DNA of 59,248 nucleotides from an uncultured virus (IMG/VR IMGVR_UViG_3300029288_000091) (lineage: Duplodnaviria; Heunggongvirae; Uroviricota; Caudoviricetes), in IMG/VR virus record IMGVR_UViG_3300029288_000091; one strand, written 5' to 3'. Of this stretch, positions 1 through 10,215 are shown piece by piece. Under the pieces are notes generated by a model that had not been told where the DNA came from, did no database searches, and was given only the letters and a program-made list of their open reading frames with translations. How positions within the stretch are numbered: the first letter of the stretch is position 1; each line of letters opens with the position of its first letter. Position numbers and translations under genes: made by a program.

Positions 1-1
1 C

Positions 2-628
2 AGTGGTTGAACCAATAGCTACGCTCCAATCTTCATCATCAGTGTCTAAAGATAAACAAATCTTATTATTTTTAAGAGCCATACCAACAACATCACCAGG
101 ACGAAAATCAAAATCCCTAACCCATCCAATTGGAATTTCTAATCTGCCATCCGATTTACAGTAACATTCAAGCTCATTTTTATCAAAGCCCATATCACTA
201 TTATCAGCAATTGTGTTTAACACATGCTGTGAATCATTAAAAGTAAATATTGGAGTTTGAATAGGAACTATAGGTGGTGGAGGAAGTATTGGGTGACAAG
301 TTGTTGGAGCCGGTACTCCATCAGATTTCTTAGGAGGAATGGCGATCTGTTTTCTATTAAAATAAGAATCTGGGCTAACAGAAACATGGTGATAAAGATT
401 TGTTTTTGTCTTAAGTTCACTTAAAAGTTCTACATCTATAAGTGTTCTCATATAACCAAAATCATCCAGTACGCTATCAGCAAACATTTGTCTAACAATT
501 GGCGCGATATCTCTATGTCTTGCATCAGAAAATCCCTCTTGCTTAACAGTATTGCTCACATCCAAACTAGTAAATGATACCAAGTCATTACAAAAAGTCT
601 TAACAATATTAAAAACTTTATTTTGCAT
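2..628 (-). CDS. hypothetical protein, runs off window start; possible AbrB/SpoVT-like segment
   Basis: Hand translation from ATG at 628: MQNKVFNIVKTFCND..., Pro-rich linker, then DGRLEIPIGWVRDFDFRPGDVV; not in the ORF track because no stop is reached. Confidence 0.6.
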   Translation of the reverse strand, partial: MQNKVFNIVKTFCNDLVSFTSLDVSNTVKQEGFSDARHRDIAPIVRQMFADSVLDDFGYMRTLIDVELLSELKTKTNLYHHVSVSPDSYFNRKQIAIPPKKSDGVPAPTTCHPILPPPPIVPIQTPIFTFNDSQHVLNTIADNSDMGFDKNELECYCKSDGRLEIPIGWVRDFDFRPGDVVGMALKNNKICLSLDTDDEDWSVAIGSTT

Positions 629-812
629 ATCTATTAACCTTTCTTTGTTTGACGGCTTTTTTATAGGCTTCGTTTAAAATGCCAATCTGAACTATATTTT
701 TAAAACGAATATCTCTCCAATCAAGTTCTTTATTTTTTTTCTGTTCCTCTTGCTTTTCTTTTTCTTTTTCTTTATCTTGTTTTTGTTCTTCTGTTTCCTT
801 TTCTTTGTCCAT
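618..812 (-). CDS. small charged hypothetical protein
   Basis: 64 aa ORF, AGGAG upstream overlapping the PARP stop, E/K-rich. Confidence 0.5.
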   Translation of the reverse strand: MDKEKETEEQKQDKEKEKEKQEEQKKNKELDWRDIRFKNIVQIGILNEAYKKAVKQRKVNRYAK

Positions 813-827
813 TTTATAAAAGATCTC

Positions 828-2294
828 CTACATATTAGTTTGAAACTCAACAATATATTTAAGTCTATGTTGTTGATTAGGTCCTGACGAATTATAAATC
901 ATATTTTCAGAATTATAAAGCCCGCCACCAGGAACAGCGTATACACTATGACAACCACTTGGAGGTTGTCTAAAAAATTGTGAATACGTAACAACATGCG
1001 GTTTACCAACGATTACATCTGCTAGGAACATAAAAACACTATCATTCCCAGAACTTCCCGACCAATAAGCACCTTTACTACCACAATAATTCATGCTTTT
1101 AGAACTTGATTCAGCAAAATAAAGAGCATCTCCAAACATTGAACCAGTATATACGGCTCCAGATGGTCTAATTGTCAATCCTCTTGTAATAATACCAACC
1201 ATATTTTGTGGTCTGGTGCCATGCCATAATGGCCAAACATTAGATTGTGTAAATAATTTCCTCTCGTCATTAGATAAATCTGGGCGCTGTAAAGTAGTAA
1301 ATCTAGGTTTCTCTAATTTTCCACTTATTTCTCTAGACACACGCTCTATATTACTACTAAAATAACCACTTTCTTGCTTTCTGGCAAGCCTATATATGTT
1401 GAAAATTTTAACTTTTCCCAAAAAAGAGTGGTTTGATGCCCTAGTTTCATTAACTAAATTAACTATCCAAGAGTTAACTGGATCCTTAGGATCGAGCCAT
1501 TCCAAATAAGCATTTAATTTTTTATATTGTTCATCTACAATGCTGTCGTTTCCCATAACATTTTCAACATTTTTGGCATCAAGAAATGTATCCAACATAT
1601 CATGCTTAGCCATAATTTTATCCAACGAATTAAGCCTTAATGAAAAAGGATCAATTTTGTGTGGTAATACGTGTGGAATTAAACTATAAAACTGAGATGT
1701 TAAGTTATCATAAACATCTTCATTGGTTTTAGTTTTTGAATTTATTCTACTTTTACAATCATCTAGAACTATTCTACCTTTATCAATCTGTTCTTTAGTT
1801 AATTGTCCCAATGGACACTTAAGAGTCATAGTAATATATTTACCAGTGACACCAAACCAATTTGAAACCAATCTTTGTACTTCTGGATGTAATAAACTTG
1901 CCACTACTGTTTTTTCAGTGGTTCCAGTAATACCAGTCATAGGCTTTTTAATTTGTTGAGCACCATCGGAGCCAACAGAAGTAATAGCTAAATCAACTTC
2001 ACGATAAGGATCTTTTTTTCTATCTCTTTTTTTACGAATAAGACCATCATAATCTGATAAACAAGCACTTTCTGAAGAATAATACCTATATTCTTTACTA
2101 CCAGAAGCACCAACACGACCATATACTGTATAAATTCTAGCTTTACCATCTGGAGCCACTTGAATTTCAGCATGATAAAATTTATTAGAATTTGTAATTA
2201 CGTTTGTTTGATTACCTTCCCATCTTTTAATAACTTTATAATTAGAATGGAAAACTGGCTGATTATCCTCATGCTCTTTCCAAGCCTTTGTCAT
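828..2294 (-). CDS. poly(ADP-ribose) polymerase-like protein (WGR, regulatory and catalytic domains)
   Basis: N-terminal NKFY...VYGRVG (WGR-like); LTSQFYSLIPH (PARP regulatory); LWHGT, GSMFGDALYFA, SSKSMNY and LYNSENMIY give an H-Y-E triad. Confidence 0.92.
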   Translation of the reverse strand: MTKAWKEHEDNQPVFHSNYKVIKRWEGNQTNVITNSNKFYHAEIQVAPDGKARIYTVYGRVGASGSKEYRYYSSESACLSDYDGLIRKKRDRKKDPYREVDLAITSVGSDGAQQIKKPMTGITGTTEKTVVASLLHPEVQRLVSNWFGVTGKYITMTLKCPLGQLTKEQIDKGRIVLDDCKSRINSKTKTNEDVYDNLTSQFYSLIPHVLPHKIDPFSLRLNSLDKIMAKHDMLDTFLDAKNVENVMGNDSIVDEQYKKLNAYLEWLDPKDPVNSWIVNLVNETRASNHSFLGKVKIFNIYRLARKQESGYFSSNIERVSREISGKLEKPRFTTLQRPDLSNDERKLFTQSNVWPLWHGTRPQNMVGIITRGLTIRPSGAVYTGSMFGDALYFAESSSKSMNYCGSKGAYWSGSSGNDSVFMFLADVIVGKPHVVTYSQFFRQPPSGCHSVYAVPGGGLYNSENMIYNSSGPNQQHRLKYIVEFQTNM

Positions 2295-2846
2295 ATTTAT
2301 ATATTATCCTTTCTATTAATATATATGTTGTGAGGAAAAAAATAATAAAATGGTGTTATAATTATCAAGAATGGGAAAATAGTCCGTTAGTTTAGACCTA
2401 GGTATTTTATTAAATGAATTTCTCCCCTAAAAGGTAGGAATTTAGACTTCCAAAGATATATAAATAACTTCTAATTCCCATTAATTTTTTTATAGTCCTA
2501 TAATTCCATTACTATGTCAAGCATGGCACGATTATACTCGCATTTATTATTGAGTAAATCTAGAATAGGGCTGCAACGGATATACTCTTATACCTGTTTA
2601 AAAAGTCACTACTTTTGTTACCCTTATTAATGTAACCGCCATATTAATTATTTCTATATTTGGACAATTTGTCTTTGTACTCAAGGAAAATGAAGTTATC
2701 ATCACTACCTTTATCGCATTCAATAACAGCTCTCTATACAGTTTCCACACCACAGAGTTCTTTGTCCTAAAACCCTATTTATGACTTCATTAGTCTCTAT
2801 AGGTTTATATATATAAACTTTATTAAAATAAAAAGAGATTTATTAT

Positions 2847-2885
2847 AACAAAAAGGCGTGTACTTATTGTAAACGCCTTTTTGTT
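2847..2885. terminator. intrinsic terminator-like hairpin downstream of hsp20
   Basis: Inverted repeat aacaaaaaggcgt / acgcctttttgtt with A/T tracts on both arms. Confidence 0.7.
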
Positions 2886-2907
2886 TATGACTCCTATTTT
2901 TATTTAT

Positions 2908-3315
2908 TTATTGTTCTTTTAAAAAGCTATTAATTTTAATCCCAATCTTTCTTTGAGTATTTTCAGATATTTTAGGAATATTAACTGTTAAAATACCCTT
3001 ATCAAGTGATGCATCAATTTTTTCTAGATCTATTAAAGCCGGTAATATAAAGGATCGAACAAATGATTTACTGCGAGTTTCTATTTCTTTCTTTCCTTCA
3101 ATAGTCATAATGTTTTTATCTACCGTTATTTTAATATCTTTATCATCCATACCAGGAATCTCAACATTAATAATAAATTGATTTTCCTTTTCTTTAACAT
3201 CTACAAAAGGTGCCCAAGTTTTTTTGAAATCTGAAAACAAATTTTCAAATGGGCTACAAAAACTCTTGTTGTTTAGAAATAGATTTTCAAATGGATCGGA
3301 CCAACGTACTAACAT
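2908..3315 (-). CDS. Hsp20/alpha-crystallin small heat shock protein
   Basis: WAPFVDVKE, VEIPGM, SFVRSFILP, IDASLDKGILTVNIPK; likely start MLVRWSDPF at 3315 behind GGAGGTGA. Confidence 0.93.
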   Translation of the reverse strand: MLVRWSDPFENLFLNNKSFCSPFENLFSDFKKTWAPFVDVKEKENQFIINVEIPGMDDKDIKITVDKNIMTIEGKKEIETRSKSFVRSFILPALIDLEKIDASLDKGILTVNIPKISENTQRKIGIKINSFLKEQ

Positions 3316-3360
3316 TTTTTTCACCTCCGTAAAATAAGAAATAATTCTAACCACAATTGT

Positions 3361-3388
3361 AAGATAAACATATCGGGAAAGATGTCAA
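3361..3388 (-). promoter_or_regulatory. putative sigma70-type promoter for hsp20
   Basis: TTGACA-16 nt-TATCTT on the minus strand about 45 nt before the start. Confidence 0.4.
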
Positions 3389-3587
3389 GACTTATTTCGA
3401 AAATATTTTATATATAGTTATTAGTCAAAGTCCATAAGTTTTTTGGCTGCTTCCTATATCTCTGATATAAAATTAAAACTTAAATTTTTTATACCTCATT
3501 ATACTATACAAAAATTCCATATTTAATTCAGCATGATTTTTTTTCATCGTATTCTATATATTATAATATATATCTATAAACTACACA

Positions 3588-4034
3588 TTATTTTCTGCGT
3601 TTTTTTGAACGAAAAGTTATAATTGGATTTTTTACCCAAACAGGCTTATGACTCATCCTATTTAAATAATGCTCAAGAGCAAGCTTTAAAAGCTCAGTTG
3701 GATGTAAATCTTTGATTTTATTATCGAGAATCATTACTCCGCGTTTTTGAGAATTCTCCGTAAGAACCAGATTATCTTCAGCGTTTGCTCTACCAAAAGC
3801 CTTAGAGAAATTGTCAGTTGGTGAACATAAAGAAACACCAAAGTAAAGCCTGTCACTAATCCTAAAACCAGCCACAGTCGCTATACCTTCATTGATACCA
3901 TAGTGGCCGTATGTAAAATTTTTATCTTCGGTCATTACATCTCTATGAATCTGATTTCTGAAATTAAACTCAGAGGTTGGATTAATATCGTTATTAAACA
4001 CCTCACATGTTTGCTTAAAATTAGCTTCTTTCAT
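3588..4034 (-). CDS. hypothetical protein
   Basis: 148 aa ORF with ATGA overlap to upstream gene; GVSLCSPTDNFSKAFGR motif. Confidence 0.7.
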   Translation of the reverse strand: MKEANFKQTCEVFNNDINPTSEFNFRNQIHRDVMTEDKNFTYGHYGINEGIATVAGFRISDRLYFGVSLCSPTDNFSKAFGRANAEDNLVLTENSQKRGVMILDNKIKDLHPTELLKLALEHYLNRMSHKPVWVKNPIITFRSKKRRK

Positions 4035-4585
4035 TTTTTATTCTCCTTTAATGATTTTAGAAACCTTGCCAATTCGTTAATATGTAATGGTTTCATATCC
4101 CACACATCAACACCAACATTTACGTTCTTATTATTTACTTTCCATGCTTCGTGTACGTGACCACAAATAATATAACAATACTTATTCAAAAGTGAAAAGT
4201 CGGGCATCATTCCTTTCTTATATTGTCTTCCAATTTCAATTGGTATGTGGGTTAATAAACAATTAAATTCACCAATTTTCAATTCAAGAGAATCAACTAC
4301 TTCATCAAATAGATAATCGTATTTTCTTTTATCATGATTACCACGCACGAGGCAAAATTTTCTCCCGTTTAAATATTTTTTATATTTATCAGATTGGAAA
4401 GAAAAATCACCCAAATAATAAATAATATCATCTGGTTTTACGATTATATTCCAATTTTCTATAAGAATATTATTCATCTCCCAAACAGAATCAAAGGGCC
4501 TATTACAATAACCGCGAATATTATCATGTCCAAAATGATGATCAGAAGTTAAAAAGATGTTGTATCCATCGCCCTCCTTGTTCAT
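4031..4585 (-). CDS. calcineurin-like metallophosphoesterase
   Basis: SDHHFGH, YLGDFS, RGNHD, LTHIP, CGHVH, NVGVD motifs. Confidence 0.92.
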   Translation of the reverse strand: MNKEGDGYNIFLTSDHHFGHDNIRGYCNRPFDSVWEMNNILIENWNIIVKPDDIIYYLGDFSFQSDKYKKYLNGRKFCLVRGNHDKRKYDYLFDEVVDSLELKIGEFNCLLTHIPIEIGRQYKKGMMPDFSLLNKYCYIICGHVHEAWKVNNKNVNVGVDVWDMKPLHINELARFLKSLKENKK

Positions 4586-5682
4586 TTTTTCCTCCTATGA
4601 GTTTTATAATCAATACCCATTTCTATAAAAACATTTCTTATACCGCCAAAATGTCGCCGCGCCGCATCATATAATCCTTTATTAATTTCTTTAATTTGTT
4701 CAAAAGATATTTTAGGATTTTCTAAAACAATTTTTCTCATCTCTTCTATAATTTTTTGTTTGTTCCACCCCTGTAATAATTTTATCTCTGAATAGTTAAA
4801 CCCAGCCAATTCAACGGCTTTATTCCAACTTCCAAATACCTGTTTTGCCTCTTTATATAAAAATCCATCATAAGTGCTTACTACATTGATAGTTAAAACT
4901 ATTCCAAGATTATTATATCTTTTAATTTTATTTATAATGCGTTCTTTATTTTCTTTTGTTCTAATTTTTGGTCTCTCTTTCCCTTTAAGTTTACTACCAA
5001 AACTAGTTTCTGCTTGTGAATGACAATTTGGACATAAAAATCTTAAATTAGAAATACTATTATCACTATGAATTCCATTAATATGATCTATTTGTAAAGT
5101 TAAATTTTTATTATTCCACATATCGCAGAGCCCACATTCAGAGCAAATATATGATAATAATTTATGTTTTAACAAATAATGTCTAACTACACTATTCTCT
5201 CGTTTACTATCTACACAAAATACTTCTTCTAATTTAAATTCTCTATTTATACAAGGGTTAAAATGAGATATATCTATACTATTTTCTATTATAAAACTTT
5301 TAAATAAAGTTCGAGAAATACCAAAAAACTTAACTACTTCTGATATATTTTTACTATTTTTAATCTTCTCTTTAAATTCTTCTAATTTTTCTGTAATCTC
5401 AATTTTAGCACACTTTGTACATTTTTTTGACTTATGATCTTTTCGTTTTCCACATTCACATTTGCTCGCTCCACAAAATTCTCCACTTCTATAATTAGGA
5501 TTTCCTTCTCCCTTTCGAGATATTTTTTGTTGTTCTGATGAACATTTTTTCGAACAACAGGCCGTTTCAGAGTCCCTTACCATATAAGAATATCTTTTAA
5601 ATTTTATACCACAAATACAACAAACATATTCTTTCATCTTATTCATAAAAACACCTCCATAATTTTTTATTAATAATATCAA
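4582..5682 (-). CDS. HNH homing endonuclease with Zn-binding and helical repeat domains
   Basis: CSECG...LQIDHINGIHSDNSISNLRFLCPNCHSQ; FGSWNKAVELAG repeat; real start probably MNKMKE at about 5646. Confidence 0.88.
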   Translation of the reverse strand: MILLIKNYGGVFMNKMKEYVCCICGIKFKRYSYMVRDSETACCSKKCSSEQQKISRKGEGNPNYRSGEFCGASKCECGKRKDHKSKKCTKCAKIEITEKLEEFKEKIKNSKNISEVVKFFGISRTLFKSFIIENSIDISHFNPCINREFKLEEVFCVDSKRENSVVRHYLLKHKLLSYICSECGLCDMWNNKNLTLQIDHINGIHSDNSISNLRFLCPNCHSQAETSFGSKLKGKERPKIRTKENKERIINKIKRYNNLGIVLTINVVSTYDGFLYKEAKQVFGSWNKAVELAGFNYSEIKLLQGWNKQKIIEEMRKIVLENPKISFEQIKEINKGLYDAARRHFGGIRNVFIEMGIDYKTHRRKK

Positions 5683-5765
5683 ATTATTAGTAGATTTTAA
5701 TGGAGATCTTTAAATAAATATAAATGGAAATCACTACAAGAAGTTATTAGTTTTAGCAGAGCATT

Positions 5766-6083
5766 TTATTTTACCTTTTCACAATATTCTACTATACAAT
5801 TTGTCTCGCAATGATCCTCGCATTTTTTAACTGTAGCTTCAAGGGCAACTTTCTTTTGTGTGTGCCAGCCAAATGTTCCACAAGTAGAATTTTTAACACT
5901 ATTTACCCAGCAAAGCCATTCCCCTTTTCGAGGCTGCTGAGTGTCAGCATTGGCTCGCGATGGATTACATGTAGCAAAATATACAAAAATTAAGAATGCA
6001 ATAAACACAAAAAACTGTAGAACTTCTATTATAACTTTACGAGTTTCTGGATTCATTCTCTTTATTACCTTTCCAACTTTCAC
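5766..6083 (-). CDS. membrane-anchored Cys-rich hypothetical protein
   Basis: Hydrophobic segment followed by a six-Cys domain. Confidence 0.55.
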   Translation of the reverse strand: MKVGKVIKRMNPETRKVIIEVLQFFVFIAFLIFVYFATCNPSRANADTQQPRKGEWLCWVNSVKNSTCGTFGWHTQKKVALEATVKKCEDHCETNCIVEYCEKVK

Positions 6084-6838
6084 AGTTTACTATTTTTTTA
6101 ATTGTTGCGCGCGAAACACTATATTCTACGGCTAATTCTGCTTGAGAACAATTATCAGTCAAATATTTATTTCTAATTTCATTTACTTTTTCCCAAGTTA
6201 ATTTCGAATAAGAACACTCTTCTCCAGATCGGTGAAAAAGTTCACTTAATTTTTTCTTTGTATCTATAGAATGTTGTTTACCCAAATTTATTTCTCGAAG
6301 TTTTTCTTTTGTTTCATTACTATGATGTTTTCCAAACATAGGTCCAATTTTACCACTATTAGCCTTGCTTATTTTTTCTTTTGCCTCATCACTATGGTGT
6401 TTTCCTAACATAGGACTTAGTTGATTAGCTCGCGCTTTTTTAATCTTTTCTTTTGTTTCATCTGTATGTTTTTTTACCAAAAAAAGGATTACTTTCTCCA
6501 GAATTATCAGGTGGCTTCCAAATTTCTCTGTTTTTATTTAATAATAAAGGATCTTTATTCCCAATAGGCCAATATTTATATATATAAAATTGTTCCCAAA
6601 ATAATATTTCATTTTATATTTTCTATATTTATAAGTATAAAAAATATTATTTGAGAGTTATCCCATCCACCAAACAATTGTGCTATTTTTGATAAATACT
6701 TTGGACTTGAATAATGTCCTTTTTTATGTTCTTCCCATCTATTTTTAATACCATTTATACCCCAAGCACTTCCAATATAGAATCTGCCATCAGGAAAAAC
6801 AATTTTATAAACACCTTTTTTTATTTATGTCAAACACT
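6037..6838 (-). pseudogene. GIY-YIG/NUMOD3 homing endonuclease, frameshifted
   Basis: KGVYKIVFPDGRFYIGSA read at about 6770-6817 after AGGAGG; GKHHSxExKxK NUMOD3 repeats in 6037-6480. Confidence 0.8.
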
Positions 6839-6892
6839 CTATCATCCTCCTATTTTAGAAATACAAAAAGATTGATAGATTTCAAGAAGTAA

Positions 6893-7936
6893 TCAAAAGC
6901 TTGGGCCAATTCCTAATCCAAGTATTAATCCACCAGCCGTATCTATTGCTATTTGTGGAGTAAGATATAAGTTTGTAAGAAGTGGAAGAGGCTTTCCTAT
7001 ATTGAACGCAAAGGGAGCAAAAGAGAAATGACCCACGCGCCTTTCGGCATCGTATCCTACACCAAGTCTAAATAATCTAAACCAACTATCCGCTTTGGTT
7101 TCTCCATACGAAGAAAAACTTAGGCCAATATCAGCTCCAAATGAAAATATACTATCTGGTCTACCACTCCAATTTCCAAATGGATGTATATTCCCACCTA
7201 CAAAGACATTAACATCTAAAATAGGATTGAACCAAAACATTTGATTCTTAAGTGGAACTTGTAGATATTTCGATGATAAAAGCTCAACGTTATAAATCTT
7301 ATCTTTATTTTTGTCAGGAACATAATATTGTAACTGTTGGTGAAATGTGAGTTGCCCATCATCCTTTTTACCAACTACTGTTACAATCTTATAATCACGA
7401 CGATATGCCTCATAACTCCACGGCTTATCTTTTGATGCATCAAATTGTACATTTGCCAATGGAGCTTTATTAGAATCCTCAAGCTCTTTTATCTGTGGCT
7501 TTTTAGTATAACCATGTATATCAATAATTTTACCATCACTACTAGTAGCTACTGGGTTTTCTGGTCCTTCACTATCGCTAGCTTCCAACTTAGCTATGCG
7601 AGCTTTAATAGAGCCGACTGTTTGTCCAACAGCCGAAAGACGAGAGCCAAGACTATTAAGGTCGTTTTGAATTGTCTTAAGGTCTTCCTTGGTTACTAAG
7701 CCGCCAAGAGCTAAGACAACATCTTCTTTGGTTGCCCATTTTGTGCTACCACGAATTAGAGTTTTAGTGAGTTTCTTGGATTCTACAATTTCATTTCTTA
7801 GTAGTTGATTCTCATCTCTCAAAGATTTCCAAGTAAAATATGCTACAATAATTAGCCCAACAGCCAGCACGGCAACGAAAGCAGTTAATATTGAATTTAA
7901 TCTACTACCAACAATAACAGTGCTCTCACCCGACAT
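6893..7936 (-). CDS. hypothetical membrane-anchored protein with coiled coil and beta-rich C-terminus
   Basis: 347 aa ORF, N-terminal TM helix, AGGAG RBS. Confidence 0.7.
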   Translation of the reverse strand: MSGESTVIVGSRLNSILTAFVAVLAVGLIIVAYFTWKSLRDENQLLRNEIVESKKLTKTLIRGSTKWATKEDVVLALGGLVTKEDLKTIQNDLNSLGSRLSAVGQTVGSIKARIAKLEASDSEGPENPVATSSDGKIIDIHGYTKKPQIKELEDSNKAPLANVQFDASKDKPWSYEAYRRDYKIVTVVGKKDDGQLTFHQQLQYYVPDKNKDKIYNVELLSSKYLQVPLKNQMFWFNPILDVNVFVGGNIHPFGNWSGRPDSIFSFGADIGLSFSSYGETKADSWFRLFRLGVGYDAERRVGHFSFAPFAFNIGKPLPLLTNLYLTPQIAIDTAGGLILGLGIGPSF

Positions 7937-7939
7937 ATC

Positions 7940-8534
7940 TATTCTCCTTTTAATTCAGCAATTTCAAAAACAATAAATGGACAGCCCTGTCCATAGCCAC
8001 AATCGTATCCAGATTCTGTATCTATTATATATGTAAAATTCACATTCTTTATAAAAATATTAATAAGTTCTTTGCCACCATTTATACTTCTTTTTTCAAC
8101 TTTAAATATCTCTAATTGTTTTTCTTGGTCAGTTCTTATGCTTTAAATTTCTGAACTATTATAACTATATCTATTAAGCAACACGTCTTCAACATATTTT
8201 TTATTAAACCTAAGTTTATCGCCAACCTCTAAGTCTGTCCAATATATTAACATTATTCACTTCCTAATTCCACAACTTCAATAAGTTGTCCATCAAATTC
8301 CCAACTTATTCCGCGACCAGAAATTATATAGATATCCAGATAACTATTTCTATAATTGTCTAGATATATTTTAAGACCCTCATTTTTATATATATGAATA
8401 ATATTATTTATTCTAAATACTTTATTTTTAACAATACAATCCCAATTACTTACATAAATTTCATACTAGTCAATACATTCTTTCGTAAATTTAATTCTGT
8501 ATCCAATTATTAAATCTGTCCATAACATTAACAT
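7940..8534 (-). pseudogene. two tandem, disrupted paralogous small ORFs
   Basis: Starts MLMLWTDLIIGYRIKF (8534) and MLIYWTDLEVGDKLRF (8253); both interrupted by stops or frameshifts. Confidence 0.55.
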
Positions 8535-8823
8535 ATTAGTTTTTCCTTACAAAAATAGTCATACTATTTTGTACATAGTCAAAAACTATTTTACCAATAT
8601 CACAACCAGAATTGTCTAATAATTTTTGAAAATCATCAGAAGTAAAATAATGTATATGATCCGGATTTGTATCAGGTTTTGACGGCTGCTTTTTTATCAA
8701 CCTTTTTGGTGGTCTTTTTAATTGCCTTTGTTTTTGAGTTGATCTTCATTTTATACTTTAACTTAACCATTATATTCTCCTTTGTAGATATAAGTTCTTC
8801 ATAGAAACTTATATCCATCTTTA

Positions 8824-10215
8824 CTATTCGTCAGCTACTACATCTAAATACTGAGCAATACACTCTTCTGGAGTTTTATCAGCAAAACCTTTAAACTCAG
8901 GAAACCTTAAAGCATAAACTCCATCTCTTGGCGGTTGGCGAGAATCAAACTCAATTTTAATTGTTTTACCTATTAGTTCTTCATCCGTAAATTCTCTACG
9001 CTGATCGTCTGTAAATCCGCCACCACACTTTCCACAATCGATCCACTCACCAGTATCGGGATGAATTTGTTTCAAAGTAAATCCACCAAGAACATCGCGA
9101 TTACGACCAGTACCACCATATATACTAGTAATTACAAATTCATCTTCATATTTTGGCTTTCGTTTCCATATACCATCTGGACGCTGAGCCTTACCATCAA
9201 AGCTATATGATTTGTCGCCATAGCAAGCATCAGAGTCAAGTAATACAAACCCCTCAGCTTTTAATTTTTTGGTAAGTTCTAGATCACTAACAGAGTCTGT
9301 TTTATAAATTTTAATTGGGCCAATATTATATTTTCTAATTAAGCCCTCTCTTAATTTATTTTCTTGTAATAAATCTTCTAAACTAGCATTTCTTCCAGTA
9401 CTAATTTTAAGTCTATTATCAAGCTGCCTAAAAATTTGTCTAATAATACCCAAACGCTCTTTAACGGGCATAGATGAAATTAAATCATTACCGTCCAAAA
9501 AAGCAATATCAAAAACATAATAGCTTATTTTCCCAATTACCGATTCATCTTTTCTTCTCTTAGGAAAATCTTTAAAACCCTGATAAGCAAGTGATAGATC
9601 TGGATCTGATCTACATATTTTACTAACACCCTTGAAATCATCTGAGCCGTTCGGCTTTAATAAACACATCTCTCCAAGTATAATAGTATTATTTGGGATA
9701 TTTAATTTATTAAATATTTCAACTATATGTGGAAATTTTTCGGTAACTAGGTCCATTCTTCTAGAATAAATTTCCCAATTATTAAGTCTCTTTACTAAGA
9801 GATGCATCATTCCATCTCTTTTAAGAGTCCAAATAGCTCTATTATCTTTTTCAAGTTGTCTAATTGCTTTATCAGAGATTTCTTTTTTTGGTTTATATAG
9901 ACATAGATTCTTAGGTAGAGGTTTACTAAAATCTATTTCAGAGGATACTTCTGATGTTGGATTTCCATCAATATATTCAACATATCCAGAATCAATTTTA
10001 TTCTTTATCTCTCTTTCTAAACAAAGTATAGCCTGTTGCTCTGCTGTTCGAAAATTAGCATGTCCAAAAACCCCACAACTCTCTATTATATCTTGCGTCT
10101 TTTGTAATATTCCATATAATAAACCCCATTTCGAAATAACGACATTTTTTTCAACACCTATAAACCAAACTTGCGGCCTAACATTTCTTCCGGTATACTT
10201 TCTAAACTCTCTCAT
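8824..10215 (-). CDS. ATP-dependent DNA ligase with WGR-like N-terminal domain
   Basis: Motif I LKRDG, ILGEM, YYVFDI, EGFVL, WKRKP, OB-fold CGGGFTD and LRFPEF; likely start MREFRKY at 10215. Confidence 0.9.
   Translation of the reverse strand: MREFRKYTGRNVRPQVWFIGVEKNVVISKWGLLYGILQKTQDIIESCGVFGHANFRTAEQQAILCLEREIKNKIDSGYVEYIDGNPTSEVSSEIDFSKPLPKNLCLYKPKKEISDKAIRQLEKDNRAIWTLKRDGMMHLLVKRLNNWEIYSRRMDLVTEKFPHIVEIFNKLNIPNNTIILGEMCLLKPNGSDDFKGVSKICRSDPDLSLAYQGFKDFPKRRKDESVIGKISYYVFDIAFLDGNDLISSMPVKERLGIIRQIFRQLDNRLKISTGRNASLEDLLQENKLREGLIRKYNIGPIKIYKTDSVSDLELTKKLKAEGFVLLDSDACYGDKSYSFDGKAQRPDGIWKRKPKYEDEFVITSIYGGTGRNRDVLGGFTLKQIHPDTGEWIDCGKCGGGFTDDQRREFTDEELIGKTIKIEFDSRQPPRDGVYALRFPEFKGFADKTPEECIAQYLDVVADE

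Noticed and set aside
618..2294. PARP read-through fusion with the in-frame 64 aa ORF
   Set aside because: The small ORF has its own AGGAG and ATG and PARP ends where the domain normally ends.
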